Shown: positions 33,800 to 44,331, counted from the first letter of the stretch. The stretch: DNA of 64,000 nt from Verrucomicrobiota bacterium (GCA_023446865.1 JAEXPL010000115.1:584-64583); one strand, 5' to 3'. Notes: a model not told the origin generated them from the letters alone. A program made the numbers and translations.

Positions 33800-34843
33800 A
33801 TGAGCAAAGTCATCTACCAGATGGTCACCGACCGGATCGTTGAAGCGCTGAAGAAGGGCCAAGTGCCCTGGCAGAAGCCCTGGCAGCGCTTGGCTGGCAT
33901 ACCGGTTCTCCCCTGCAATGTGGCGTCGAAGCGCGAATACAACGGCATCAACGCCATGCTCCTCTACATGGAGGCGGCCGAGAACCACTACGAGCTGCCG
34001 GTCTGGTTGACGCTCAAGCAGGCGAACTCCCTGGGGGGCGGGGTCAAGGCGGGCTCCAGGTCGATGCCGGTCATCTTCTGGAAGCAGTGGACACCGCCAT
34101 CGAGCGGCGAGTCCGCGGGCAAGAGCCGCGTCGAGGACGCCGATGCCATGGTCCGCGGCGAGTCCGGCGCGGGTGAGGTCGAAGAGCGCCAGGAGACGAT
34201 CCCGATTCTCCGCTACTACGCCGTGTTCAACGCGGAGCAGACCTACGGCGTGAAGCCGGTCGAGGCGCTACAGCAGCGCATCGCCAAGCAGCTTCAGGAG
34301 CGCGGCTTCAATCCTGTCGAGGAGGCCGACAAGATCGTCAGCGCCGCCCGCGAGCACCTCGGGTGCAAGTTCATGGAGCGAGGCAACAAGGCCGCGTACA
34401 TGCCGAAGGCCGACATGGTCATGATGCCCCACCGGGAAATGTTCAAGGAACCCGCGAATTTCTACCTCACCGTTTTCCATGAGTTCGTGCATGCGACCGG
34501 CCACAAAGACCGGCTGAAGCGGTCGGGATTTGGCGGTTATTCGCTGACGAACAAAGACGAGTACGCCCGCGAGGAACTGGTCGCCGAGATCGGGGCCTGC
34601 TATCTCGCGAACAAGTGCGGCATTTTGAGGCCGGAGTTGTTCGAGAACTCGACGAGCTATCTCCAAGCGTGGATGCAACGGCTCAAGGAGGACCCGAAGC
34701 TGATCATCGCCGCGTCCAGCCAGGCGATGCGCGCGGTGGAGTTCATCCTGCATGGGCGGCAGTACCGCGAGGATGTGGTCGCCAGCCAGGCGGAAGCGAC
34801 GGCCGAACTCAAGGAGGAGTCGGAGGGTGTGAAGGTCGGATAA
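33800..34843 (+). CDS. ardC: ArdC-type antirestriction protein (N-terminal ssDNA-binding domain plus HExxH metalloprotease domain); tail KEESEGVKVG
   Basis: VTDRIVEALKKGQVPWQKPW, YNGINAMLL, WLTLKQANSLGGGVKAG and FHEFVHATGH. Confidence 0.85.
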   Translation: MSKVIYQMVTDRIVEALKKGQVPWQKPWQRLAGIPVLPCNVASKREYNGINAMLLYMEAAENHYELPVWLTLKQANSLGGGVKAGSRSMPVIFWKQWTPPSSGESAGKSRVEDADAMVRGESGAGEVEERQETIPILRYYAVFNAEQTYGVKPVEALQQRIAKQLQERGFNPVEEADKIVSAAREHLGCKFMERGNKAAYMPKADMVMMPHREMFKEPANFYLTVFHEFVHATGHKDRLKRSGFGGYSLTNKDEYAREELVAEIGACYLANKCGILRPELFENSTSYLQAWMQRLKEDPKLIIAASSQAMRAVEFILHGRQYREDVVASQAEATAELKEESEGVKVG

Positions 34844-34859
34844 TCCCGGTTTTGTCACC

Positions 34860-35702
34860 ATGGAACAAAGACTGCAACTGACGCCGCCGGCGCCGAAGTA
34901 TTCTCTCAACGCCTCGCCGGGGTTGTGGCGTTGCGACGCCGCGATTGCCAGCGGGCCGGAAGGATGCCCCCGGGCGCGGGTGTACGACGGCAACGGCGCC
35001 GTCGTGTACGAATGCTGGCATGTCGGGTGCGACGACGGGTTGCCGGTCCAACGCCGCAACGAACGCACAATGGCGAACGTCCGTTTGCTGAGCGCCGCGC
35101 CAACCCTTGTGAGGCACGCCTACGCGGTCATGGTGCCCTATCTGAGGGAGATCCGCTCGACGGTACGCGAGGGGCGGACCGCGGAGCTGGCACTCAAGTT
35201 GCCAGCGATTCGGACGGCGCTGGATGAGGCGAAGGAAATGTTGGGGAGGATCGACCAACACTACTCGCCGTCCCCATGGCGAACGGAGGGGCAGGTCCGA
35301 CAGGTCGGCTATCGCAACAAGCGGCACACGATCTCCGTCTTCGAGCGGAACGAAATCGTCGCCGTGTGCCCGCTGATTGAGGCCCCGGGACTGTCCCCGC
35401 AACAGCGCATTGCCCGCACCCGGGCGAATGCCTGCATGGCCGCCGTGATACCAGAGGTTCACCAGCACATGGATACCGAGCTCTGGACCTCCCTGCATGC
35501 TCTGCGCTCGGCCCTCGAATTTGAGCGCAGCGGCTACCCCAGCGTCGAGAGCTACGTCGGTAGTGGCCGGCTTGACCAGGTGATCGCATCCGCGGATGCG
35601 CTTTTCGCCCGGGTGCAGGGCGTTGGCGTTGAGCAGCGGGAGCAGGTCCAAGATTTCCCCACCGAATCCGAAACCAACGAAACGGAGGCAACCAGACTAT
35701 GA
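34860..35702 (+). CDS. Hypothetical protein with an internal duplication; tail ESETNETEATRL
   Basis: Two copies of an N-x-R...AAP-type helix: NERTMANVRLLSAAPTLV and QQRIARTRANACMAAVIPEV. Confidence 0.55.
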   Translation: MEQRLQLTPPAPKYSLNASPGLWRCDAAIASGPEGCPRARVYDGNGAVVYECWHVGCDDGLPVQRRNERTMANVRLLSAAPTLVRHAYAVMVPYLREIRSTVREGRTAELALKLPAIRTALDEAKEMLGRIDQHYSPSPWRTEGQVRQVGYRNKRHTISVFERNEIVAVCPLIEAPGLSPQQRIARTRANACMAAVIPEVHQHMDTELWTSLHALRSALEFERSGYPSVESYVGSGRLDQVIASADALFARVQGVGVEQREQVQDFPTESETNETEATRL

Positions 35703-35989
35703 GTGCGACGACCAAGACCTTCTATGGCCCCAACGGGATCCGACTCGAACTGGATGCGAGTGAGATCGTCCCGGACAACCCCGGCGAAGGGACGCCGGCG
35801 ATGGTGTACTGCGGGCGGTATAGCGCGACCTACGGTTGTGCGATGGACACCGGCGAGCTCACGGACGGTGGCGACACCTACGATCTCTCCCAGCATCAGT
35901 TGAACTACCTTTCCGCGATGGAGGACCGCGTGAACGAGTTCCTTGAGCAGCCGGCGGAAACCGAAGGGGAGGGCGGCCAGCGGCCGTGA
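35699..35989 (+). CDS. Hypothetical small acidic protein; tail ETEGEGGQRP
   Basis: ATGA overlap. 96 aa. Confidence 0.55.
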   Translation: MSATTKTFYGPNGIRLELDASEIVPDNPGEGTPAMVYCGRYSATYGCAMDTGELTDGGDTYDLSQHQLNYLSAMEDRVNEFLEQPAETEGEGGQRP

Positions 35990-35993
35990 AGTG

Positions 35994-36491
35994 ATGCGAG
36001 CGACCAGTGACCATCGCCCGCCTTTTTTCGCCGCGGTGCTCTCGACGCCGGCTGCCACGGGGCGCCGTTCGCCGTGCGCGCAGGTTGGTCCGGAATGTTC
36101 CTCGCTACAGGATGCGCTCCATGTCGCCCGGGAAGCCCACGGCCAGCGGACTGATCCGAAGGCCGAAGCCTTCGTCACCCTCTATCAGTGCCCGGACGGC
36201 CTGCCGGAGGCCCTGATCGACTACAGTCTCGATGGCCGGCCCCAGTTTGTGGGTGGCGTCGGTCCGGGCGCCCCGAAGGGCTACACGTCGTGGATAGCGG
36301 AGGTGAATCAGCTCGTGGCGGGCGAGGGCATCGACCCCGTGGATGAAGGCCGGGAGGATATGGTGGACGAAGTACGCAGAGCCCGGACTGCGTTTGGCCG
36401 GGGGGTGCCGGCGCGGATTTTCGCTTCGGATATGGTGTTGAGCATCAAGCCTCCGGCGATGCCGGTCGATGAGGAGGGGGTACGAATCTAG
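35994..36491 (+). CDS. Hypothetical protein; tail PVDEEGVRI
   Basis: ATG 35994 within ORF 35943..36491. Confidence 0.5.
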   Translation: MRATSDHRPPFFAAVLSTPAATGRRSPCAQVGPECSSLQDALHVAREAHGQRTDPKAEAFVTLYQCPDGLPEALIDYSLDGRPQFVGGVGPGAPKGYTSWIAEVNQLVAGEGIDPVDEGREDMVDEVRRARTAFGRGVPARIFASDMVLSIKPPAMPVDEEGVRI

Positions 36492-36499
36492 CCACTCCC

Positions 36500-37651
36500 A
36501 TGACCTCCTCCCTTCTCCCCACCGATAAATTTGAAGAGGCGCGTGAACTCGCGCGCCTGAAGAGCGCCGACAAGCCCGGCGTGATCTGGTTCTATCAGGC
36601 CGGCAGCAACTACCTGGCGCTGCCGCACAAGCTCCGCGAGCAGGCGGGTGTGAGACTGATCCAGTGCTTCAAAGATGGGCAGACGGTCGCTCTCGGACTG
36701 GCTGAAGCTGTCGATGAGGGTGTCGGCCATCGCTGTTACGACATCGTCGCCCGCGGCGTGGAGATCCCGTTGGACATCGAGAGCCGTGCGCAGCTTGCAG
36801 GGGATTTGGATGCCCTCGTCATGGGCGAGGCCCTGGCGCGGTATGCGCGGAACCCCGAAGCCGCGGCCAGCGGTCTGCTCGTCGCCGTGCCGACGACGCG
36901 GGTACGCCATGAAGCGGCGCCGAAGCTCCTTGAGGCGCTTACCAGTGCGGAGGAGTGGATCTCGGCGCACGCGGAGGGACCGGCGCGGCCGGCCGTTCTG
37001 CGGCAGATCCGGACGGCGATCAGCGAGGCAAGCCCGGCGCTTGCGCCTTCAATGCTGGCCGCGGAGCGCTACTACAGCGGGGTTTTCTCCAATCCCGGCT
37101 GGCTTGTCTGTGTCGAGGTCAGCGATCCGGAACGCCCCGAGAGCGGCAAGCGCCTGCTCAAGCATCGGCTCGATCTCCGGTCCGCCGTGTCCCGCGAGGG
37201 GCTGGAATACGAACGCAACAACGCCTTCGGGTACGTCCTCAACAGCCCCCAGAACGTCCTACGGGCGCTGCTTTCCGACCATTTCGGAGACAGCGTCGAA
37301 GGCGACATTCTCACCCGGGCGTTCTGCGATCATTTTGTCAAAGAGCATCACCGTCTGGTCGAGCGCTTGGAGGAGCCGGGAATCCATACTGGGGATCTCC
37401 GGGCCGCCGTCGCTGCGACCTGGCAGACGTGCCGTGGCGAGATCCTCGCGCGCATCGGCGAGAAGGTTGCGCGGCGGCCGGCGCGGGCGCAGATGACCCG
37501 GGCCGAGCTCAGCCACCGGATCGTGGCGACGATGACGCTTTCCGTCGGGGAGATGGATGAGGCGGCGAGCTCGACGGTCTGGGAGGCGGTTGCGGAGGGG
37601 TATCGGGACGACTCGCCGCCGGATCAGGAGCAACGGCTTTCCTCAGCATGA
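36500..37651 (+). CDS. Hypothetical protein (tail weak: DQEQRLSSA)
   Basis: 383-aa ORF. Confidence 0.6.
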   Translation: MTSSLLPTDKFEEARELARLKSADKPGVIWFYQAGSNYLALPHKLREQAGVRLIQCFKDGQTVALGLAEAVDEGVGHRCYDIVARGVEIPLDIESRAQLAGDLDALVMGEALARYARNPEAAASGLLVAVPTTRVRHEAAPKLLEALTSAEEWISAHAEGPARPAVLRQIRTAISEASPALAPSMLAAERYYSGVFSNPGWLVCVEVSDPERPESGKRLLKHRLDLRSAVSREGLEYERNNAFGYVLNSPQNVLRALLSDHFGDSVEGDILTRAFCDHFVKEHHRLVERLEEPGIHTGDLRAAVAATWQTCRGEILARIGEKVARRPARAQMTRAELSHRIVATMTLSVGEMDEAASSTVWEAVAEGYRDDSPPDQEQRLSSA

Positions 37652-39690
37652 CCACAGCACCGCAGAGCGCACCTTCCGACCTCAAAGCGTCACGAACGAC
37701 AGGGACCCTTCCTGCTTTTCGAGAGTCTCTCGACCGTGTCCTCTGCCTGAATGGGTTGTCCCCAATCGAACGTGACAACAACGTGCGCATGGAGGCCGTC
37801 CAGCGGGATTATGCCGCTGGCTGGGTTGTTGAGGAGTTGGTTGCGGCGCTGCGGCGGGGCGATGTAGCTGGGGCGCGCCGCCCGGCACTGGCGGTTGACC
37901 GGCCGGTGCCGCCGCTTGAGGAATTTCTCCAATCACTCGGAGGGGGAAGGGTCTCCCCCGAGCGGTTCTATGCAGCGCTCGGTGGTTGGATTGAGTGCGG
38001 AGTGCAGGACTTTCCCGGGGGGTACCCTCTTGTGGAAGTAAAGGTTGGCGCGCGTGTGTTCTGCCGGCAGCTCACCACTTTTGGGCAGACTGGTTTCGCA
38101 GAGGCCGACCGTGAGGCGAGCTGTGCGCGGTCCTTTTGCGGGGCGTACAGCGGCGCCAGTGGTGAAATGGTCCACGCTGAGGGCCGAATACTTCAGACGG
38201 CGAATGATCCCTGGCGCAGCGCGCTCTTCCCCTTCGAGTTCGAGGCTGGCAAGCCGAGCCCGGATGCCCAGATTGTCTTCCCGGAGGGCATCACCCGCCG
38301 CTTTACCGTGGCTGAACAGCGGGTCCCGGAACTACGCGAGGCAGTGCGGCGGATGGCGCGCGCCGCGAAGAAGCTGGAGCTTACCCCGGAGCCGTCCCTA
38401 ACCGTCGATCCTGCGAGCCGGCGTGAACGTCGCGTCACGAAGGAGACCCAGATCAAGGACGGGGCAGAGACGCTCCGCACCGACGTGCGCCACCACGTGG
38501 TTCCCGTGGTGGATTGCACGATCAATCTCCCTGGCGCAGCTCTACGTGCCCCGGGCGCCTGGCGTGTGCTCGCGGTCATCCAGCCGGTGATCCGTGAAGG
38601 GCAGACTGGGCACGAGAATGAGATATTCGCCTACGGCAATTCCTTGTCAAAGGTAGAGCACTACCGCAATCATGGGCCGAACTGTGATCACTGCCACAAA
38701 ACCCGTCCCCGCTCACGCACCCTTGTGGTGGAGGAGACGGGGAGTGGTCGGTTGATGCAGCTTGGAGTCGATTGTGCCGCGTTGTACGTTGGAGATCGGG
38801 TCCAACAGGAAGTCGGCGGCATCGAGTTCCAGAGCTTCATCTGCGAGGTCCTCCGACCCTACGACCACCCGGAGGATTCCGAGGAGATGCTGGGCGGAGG
38901 CCAGGCTCTTTGCGCGTGGGACTCGGAGGAGGTGGTGGCCCACACTGTCGCCTGTGTCCGCGCCTTCGGCTGGAAGCCAACCAAACAGCAGGAGTATCCA
39001 TATCGACCCAACGCGGATGCCACAGCCCAGTACGTCATGGCCCGGATTTCCGAGCGGTGGTACTCCCTCCTTGGCCGCGAAGCGGCAGCACCCTATGAAG
39101 TCACGGATGGGGATCGGGAACAGGCGGCCACCATCCTGCATTGGCTCGGGGAGCAGGCCCCCGATCCCGAGAAGGACGAGTACCTGGCCAACCTTCAGGA
39201 AATGTACGCCCCGGGCTGGATCAGCGAGAAGCGACTCTCGTTCGCCGTCTCCATCGTGCGAGCCCACAAGCGTGCGCTGGAGCAGCGCGAGCGCGAGGCC
39301 GCCGCGAAGGTGAGCCGGCACGTCGGCACCCTCGGTGAGCAGAGTGAACTCTCGCTGACCCTCCGGGGGATCACCGAGTTCGACGGCTTCAGGGGCGGAA
39401 CCAGCAAGGCGATCCGATTCACGGACGCCGAGGGTAACATGTTCTCATGGCTGACGGGGAGCGCCCCGGCCGAGTTCAAGGAGTCCCGTGTGGGCGAGAC
39501 CTTCAAGATCACGGGCACGGTCGCCAAGCATGAGGAATTCCGCGGGGCGCTCGTCACACGGCTCACGCGGGTGAAGGTCATGACGGAGCAGGTGGCGAAC
39601 GCCGCCGGCGCGCCGCGGCGCCGGAAGACGAAACCCAAGGTGGTGGATCACGCCGCCGAAGCATGCGCGGAGGAGGGAATCGCACCATGA
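37648..39690 (+). CDS. Large hypothetical protein (680 aa) with a CDHCH zinc-finger-like element and a C-terminal OB-like region; tail CAEEGIAP
   Basis: ATGA overlap. NCDHCHKTRPRSR. The C-terminus (ETFKITGTVAKHEEFRGALVTRLTRVKV) is beta-barrel-like. Confidence 0.6.
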   Translation: MTTAPQSAPSDLKASRTTGTLPAFRESLDRVLCLNGLSPIERDNNVRMEAVQRDYAAGWVVEELVAALRRGDVAGARRPALAVDRPVPPLEEFLQSLGGGRVSPERFYAALGGWIECGVQDFPGGYPLVEVKVGARVFCRQLTTFGQTGFAEADREASCARSFCGAYSGASGEMVHAEGRILQTANDPWRSALFPFEFEAGKPSPDAQIVFPEGITRRFTVAEQRVPELREAVRRMARAAKKLELTPEPSLTVDPASRRERRVTKETQIKDGAETLRTDVRHHVVPVVDCTINLPGAALRAPGAWRVLAVIQPVIREGQTGHENEIFAYGNSLSKVEHYRNHGPNCDHCHKTRPRSRTLVVEETGSGRLMQLGVDCAALYVGDRVQQEVGGIEFQSFICEVLRPYDHPEDSEEMLGGGQALCAWDSEEVVAHTVACVRAFGWKPTKQQEYPYRPNADATAQYVMARISERWYSLLGREAAAPYEVTDGDREQAATILHWLGEQAPDPEKDEYLANLQEMYAPGWISEKRLSFAVSIVRAHKRALEQREREAAAKVSRHVGTLGEQSELSLTLRGITEFDGFRGGTSKAIRFTDAEGNMFSWLTGSAPAEFKESRVGETFKITGTVAKHEEFRGALVTRLTRVKVMTEQVANAAGAPRRRKTKPKVVDHAAEACAEEGIAP

Positions 39691-40019
39691 AGACGAAGAA
39701 TGAATACGAGGTCATGCGGGAGCTCGCGAACAGCCGTAACCACGAGAAGCTATACGGGTTCTGCGAGGTCCTCGCTGACATCTCTGGGGCGATCTTCGCC
39801 GAGTTCGCGGAGGGCAAACTCCGCATGCCGAACTCCCGAGATCGTGTGGCCCGGGCCATCGAATGGGCCACCGAATTCCACGACCACCATCGCAAGACCG
39901 ATTGGAGCGAGGTCGAGTACCTCGACACGGTCGATGAGTTCATCGAGTCGAAGCTCAATGACTACCGGATCAACCCGCGGCGGCCGACCACGGACGACGC
40001 TCCATCCATCACCCCGTAA
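39687..40019 (+). CDS. Hypothetical protein; tail TTDDAPSITP
   Basis: ATGA overlap at 39687 (ORF 39663..40019 frame). Confidence 0.5.
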   Translation: MKTKNEYEVMRELANSRNHEKLYGFCEVLADISGAIFAEFAEGKLRMPNSRDRVARAIEWATEFHDHHRKTDWSEVEYLDTVDEFIESKLNDYRINPRRPTTDDAPSITP

Positions 40020-40030
40020 CCTGCATCCGC

Positions 40031-41770
40031 ATGAACTCTCAAGACTTTCCTCCGTTTGTTCCCCTCCACCCGACCACCCGAGGGATGTATCCGAGCTCGC
40101 AGGGCGGGCGCGTTGCGGTTGATGAACGGCGTGAGCGCGAGGCGAAGAAGATTGCTCGCGACATCACCGCGGAGCTCGTCCGGATGGGCCAGGGGCGTCC
40201 GCCGGCGCCCGGTGGCGAATGGTCACACTACGCCTTGGCGTTGTTGGAACCCGCGCGGATCGCAGTGCGCACGGTGAATGGTGGGTCCCAATACGGAGTT
40301 TTCGACCCGGAAGCCAACGAGGTCCTGGCGTGGAGCGTCGAGAAGGACCCGCAGTTGGTAGTGAACACTGCGCTCACCCTGATCAGGACGCGCCGAGGCA
40401 ATTACGACAACGCGATGATCGAGCGTCTGGCGGTGATGCCGGATGCGGAGTTCAATGGTCATCACTTGAATCGTTTCTCCCCCAATCCGGCGCGCGAGGT
40501 TGCCGAGGTTCTGGAGGACTGGGGCGCGCTGATTGCGAACAAGCGGGAAGCGTACAAGAAGGCATGGCGGCTTGAGGATCTGATCCGGTGGCACGGCCCC
40601 GCGGCCTATGCGGACGCGGTCACCCCGGATGATCTCTGCCTAGCCGAGCGTGAGCGGCGGGTTCTCACCGCAGTGCGACCGAATGGCAGCGCAGTTACGC
40701 TGGTGTTCTCCCGACAACTCCCGGAGCACGCGAAGATGGTCCGGCCTGATGGTGTTGATGCGGCGTTGGCCGACGTGGTGCGGTCGGCCGGAACACACAG
40801 TGCGGCTTCGGAATTCCATGCGCAGTTGGCGGAGTTCGGCATCCGGCAGATGGAGTACCTGAACCCGGATCTGGCGCGCCAGAGACCGATGCATGCCGAG
40901 GTCTACGCCGCCTTCGGAGCGGAATCATTCATGCTTGGAACGCTGGTGAAGACCGGTTCGGGCCGCCGCCTGCCTTTCGACACGATTGGGATGATCGGGC
41001 GCCGTGCGCAACGGCCGTTGGTCCCGCCTGGCGAACTGCGGCCGGAGGATCTCGCGAAGCTGACAGCCAGTCTGGCGGAGAGCGGCATCAAGACCTTCAT
41101 TCTTCCCGACCATCTCGATGTCCAACTCGCGGCGCTCGACACGGAAATCGAGTTCAACCGGTTCTTGACGGAGTATAGCAACCTCGGTGGGGACTATGAG
41201 GACATCCGGCATCCGTCGATCAACTGGCATGCGGCCAAGGGCTACATCCTGAAGCCGTGCGTCGATTGCGCCGCGACAGGGAGCTGGGAGTACCGCAAGC
41301 GCCTAACACCGGAACAGATCGACCGGCTGGACGCGCTCAACCGCGGGCAGCGGCAGCAATATGAGAATGGAGACACCGTGCTCTACCAGATGGGGTGGGT
41401 GACCTCGGCAGGTCCCGAGAATGTTCGGATGGCGGTCCCGTTATCCGCCTTGCGGTACAACGATGGCCAGTTGCGTCCCGAGGTCACCGCCTTGCGCAGT
41501 GAGTACGCCTACCCAGTGATGGCGTGTGCCGCGCTCCAGCGCGATCTGACGCCTTACGAGTATGAGACCGTGGCCAAGCTCGCCCTCTCCGAGGGCGCGG
41601 AGTTCGGGCCTGTCCCGGATGAGGAACATGAGAATCCGCATGACGAGAAGAACGACCCGATCCGGCACCGCATCTGGGAGGAATACTTCCGGGCGGGCTG
41701 GGAGAAGGCACCGCGTCGAACCCAGGCCCGTAATGAGACGGTGCCCGCGGGACTTTCCACTTCACCATAA
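40031..41770 (+). CDS. Large hypothetical protein (579 aa) (tail weak: PAGLSTSP)
   Basis: Long ORF with high GC3. Confidence 0.6.
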   Translation: MNSQDFPPFVPLHPTTRGMYPSSQGGRVAVDERREREAKKIARDITAELVRMGQGRPPAPGGEWSHYALALLEPARIAVRTVNGGSQYGVFDPEANEVLAWSVEKDPQLVVNTALTLIRTRRGNYDNAMIERLAVMPDAEFNGHHLNRFSPNPAREVAEVLEDWGALIANKREAYKKAWRLEDLIRWHGPAAYADAVTPDDLCLAERERRVLTAVRPNGSAVTLVFSRQLPEHAKMVRPDGVDAALADVVRSAGTHSAASEFHAQLAEFGIRQMEYLNPDLARQRPMHAEVYAAFGAESFMLGTLVKTGSGRRLPFDTIGMIGRRAQRPLVPPGELRPEDLAKLTASLAESGIKTFILPDHLDVQLAALDTEIEFNRFLTEYSNLGGDYEDIRHPSINWHAAKGYILKPCVDCAATGSWEYRKRLTPEQIDRLDALNRGQRQQYENGDTVLYQMGWVTSAGPENVRMAVPLSALRYNDGQLRPEVTALRSEYAYPVMACAALQRDLTPYEYETVAKLALSEGAEFGPVPDEEHENPHDEKNDPIRHRIWEEYFRAGWEKAPRRTQARNETVPAGLSTSP

Positions 41771-41793
41771 CCTTCTATATTATTCAAATATCT

Positions 41794-42042
41794 ATGACAC
41801 AGCCGAATTTCTCCGCTCCCCGTGACCGCGTCGAGCTCACCCCCGAACAGGAGTCCACGTGGCGTCGCATCTGCGCGCTGCTCGGCGCCGGCGAGATGGC
41901 CGAGGCGTATCGTCTGGCGGTCCCCCTCAACCAGGAGCTTCTCGACACCGGCGTGACGGAGTTTCCCGCCCTCTACGAAGAGCTGTTGTCCGGGCTGGCG
42001 GTTTGGAAGTTCGCCGACAAGAACGCGGAGGTCGCCGCATGA
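41794..42042 (+). CDS. Hypothetical small protein (no tail)
   Basis: 82-aa ORF preceded by an AT-rich stretch (CTATATTATTCAAATATCT). Confidence 0.45.
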   Translation: MTQPNFSAPRDRVELTPEQESTWRRICALLGAGEMAEAYRLAVPLNQELLDTGVTEFPALYEELLSGLAVWKFADKNAEVAA

Positions 42043-42455
42043 GCCGCGACTTCGCCAAACGCTTTGCGGCGTTCTCGGTTGAGGTGGAGGACCCCGAGGC
42101 CCGCAAGGACCCGCGGATTGTCGCCGCCTTCGCCGCTCGCTTCCGCGACTACCTGCGCACCGAGAAGGGCCACCGCGCGCTCCAGGTTGCGATGGTCGGC
42201 GGGTTCGCGGCGTCCACGGCCGGCTCGACCGGGCTCAGCCTAGCGGCGGCTGTGTATGCGCAACCAGCCCTCGCGGTGCCGGGGATCATCTGCGCGCTGA
42301 CGGCGGCGGGCACAGCGCTCGGGTTGGTGCACAACACCGACCGCCCGGACACGACCCGAATGGTTGTCGGCGCGTTGGACGCGCTCGCCAGGAAGGGTGC
42401 AGTCTCGGCGCACGAGGAAGAGGTTGAAGAGTCGGATACCGGTGTCCGGCCATGA
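42039..42455 (+). CDS. Hypothetical membrane protein; tail EEEVEESDTGVRP
   Basis: ATGA overlap at 42039. Two hydrophobic segments. Confidence 0.5.
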   Translation: MSRDFAKRFAAFSVEVEDPEARKDPRIVAAFAARFRDYLRTEKGHRALQVAMVGGFAASTAGSTGLSLAAAVYAQPALAVPGIICALTAAGTALGLVHNTDRPDTTRMVVGALDALARKGAVSAHEEEVEESDTGVRP

Positions 42456-43057
42456 TCCGCCGGCGCGCACAACTCCCGCCGTCAGTGAATCGCACAATGC
42501 TACCTGCGATTGGGAGCACTATTTACTACGCTGCCTGCGGCAAGGTCGTTGCCGGGGTCGTGGCCGACCACCGTACGCACGTGGGGTTCAAGACACCGTA
42601 TGTGACTCTTGAGGGGAAAGGCACGTGCCTCCATCCGGACTATGCGCATGCTGTGCAGGCACACGCGGAAGCGGAGGCTGAAGCATTTCGCCAGCGCTTG
42701 GCACGAGGTGGAGCGCTCAACCGGTATGTTTTGCAGGAAGTCGAGCAAGCGAAGCTCGACGCGCTGCCACCTGATAAGCGGGCAGCCCATGAATCTGGGG
42801 CACGTGAGCGATATGAGATTTTCAAGCAGAACGAAGCTGGCCGGGCAATTCAGGCTGTAGTGCCAGGATTGTCGCTCAAGGAAGCCAATCGGCGCTTTGT
42901 CGAAGCGATGGAGGTGTTCCAGGTGGTGCATGACGCATTCGGCTTTCCCAACTACGACATCTTCACTCGTGCGATCTCGGAAGAATTGGCACAGATTGGC
43001 CAGGGTCCGGTGATTGAGGAGGATGAAGAGAGGGCGAGCGAGAGTCAGCGGCCGTGA
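42452..43057 (+). CDS. Hypothetical protein; tail EDEERASESQRP
   Basis: ATGA overlap. 201 aa. Confidence 0.55.
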   Translation: MIRRRAQLPPSVNRTMLPAIGSTIYYAACGKVVAGVVADHRTHVGFKTPYVTLEGKGTCLHPDYAHAVQAHAEAEAEAFRQRLARGGALNRYVLQEVEQAKLDALPPDKRAAHESGARERYEIFKQNEAGRAIQAVVPGLSLKEANRRFVEAMEVFQVVHDAFGFPNYDIFTRAISEELAQIGQGPVIEEDEERASESQRP

Positions 43058-43070
43058 CACAACACAGAAC

Positions 43071-44231
43071 ATGAAGAACCCCCATCGAATCTTCAGCCTC
43101 CGTGTCCACGACGAGACCTCCGCCGCGGAGTATCTTCGGGTGCTCGCCGAGTCGGCGTATCGCTACGACATCAACCAGCGGGCGCCAGCGGCCGGATTGG
43201 TGCCGGCGAGCTACACTGAGCGATGCAGGTTGTCGGCATTGACTGCGCGCGCCTTCGGTTTTTTGGGGCCACATGGGGCATGGCGAACCTATAGTGGTGC
43301 GATTACCATCCATGGCGGTCGGCACTGGAGAGCTGAGGAGAAGATCACCGAGGCGGAAGAGTGGGGACTGGGCGGCCCGAATTGGGTGAATGAAGAGCAT
43401 GCTGCGAACAGGGCGCTTATGGCCGCCCGGAAGTCACTCGATACAATCATTGCGGTTCTTGCGAACGAGACTCTGGTTAAAGAGTTACTCCCGAGCACGC
43501 AGCGACAACTCAACGAACGTTTGCGTTGTGTCAAAGAAGGGGACCATGCCTTCACGGAGCAGTGGCGTGAGCAGGGCAGAACGCGAAGTGACCTTTTGCG
43601 GCTTCACCGGGAGTTCCAATTGGAGTTCTTGTCGGAAGTCCATGAGGTGTTGAATGGATTGCCGGCGCCAGGCGCAACCCCCTCTGCGTGGGACCGCGTA
43701 TGGTCGCAATTGCAGGAGACGCTCGCGGTTGAAGCGAAGGTCCTTGGAGAGATCGGTATCATCCGTAATGGGCGTTACATTGCACCTTCCATGGAAGCTA
43801 TAGAGACCTTTCTCGCGGAACGTGGCGAGAGGGAGGATCTGTCCTACGGAACAATGGAGCAACTCGGCTTCCTGTTGGGGCTCCGTGTTGAAGCCCGTGA
43901 CTCAGATGCCCTGTGTTTCATCTGTGACTGCAACATCCCGGGAATTGGCAGGGTGACGAATCTCAGCGAGATCGACGAACATCTTGGGTATTGGGCGTTC
44001 AACTATCATGACATCATGCCCCAACGGGCGTCAGAGTTGGCCTTAACTGAAGCAGTGGGTTTGCTGGTCCATGGTTCTTCATTCGGCGACGGTTTTCGGG
44101 GCTATGATTGGAGCGCCACCGGCGTGATTCGGGCTGGCGACATTACGGGAGGGGTGCCGCGCAGGGCGGGCAGGGGGGTGGGTGAACTGGAGGCGGTCGA
44201 AGAAGAGCCAGGCGCAGGGATCAGCCCATGA
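43071..44231 (+). CDS. Hypothetical protein; tail VEEEPGAGISP
   Basis: ATG 43071 within ORF 43014..44231. Confidence 0.55.
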   Translation: MKNPHRIFSLRVHDETSAAEYLRVLAESAYRYDINQRAPAAGLVPASYTERCRLSALTARAFGFLGPHGAWRTYSGAITIHGGRHWRAEEKITEAEEWGLGGPNWVNEEHAANRALMAARKSLDTIIAVLANETLVKELLPSTQRQLNERLRCVKEGDHAFTEQWREQGRTRSDLLRLHREFQLEFLSEVHEVLNGLPAPGATPSAWDRVWSQLQETLAVEAKVLGEIGIIRNGRYIAPSMEAIETFLAERGEREDLSYGTMEQLGFLLGLRVEARDSDALCFICDCNIPGIGRVTNLSEIDEHLGYWAFNYHDIMPQRASELALTEAVGLLVHGSSFGDGFRGYDWSATGVIRAGDITGGVPRRAGRGVGELEAVEEEPGAGISP

Positions 44232-44277
44232 GCGCAGTGCGTTCTGCGAGGATCGAGGTCTGATGAAATTTTCGAGG

Positions 44278-44314
44278 TTGACCCTGTTGTCGTTAAAGAC
44301 ATTAAAACTGAATT
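44278..44314 (+). promoter_or_regulatory. Promoter-like element, TTGACC-N19-TAAAACTGAATT
   Basis: Lies 17 nt upstream of ATG 44332. Confidence 0.5.
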
Positions 44315-44331
44315 TGGAATCAGTCCCTCCG

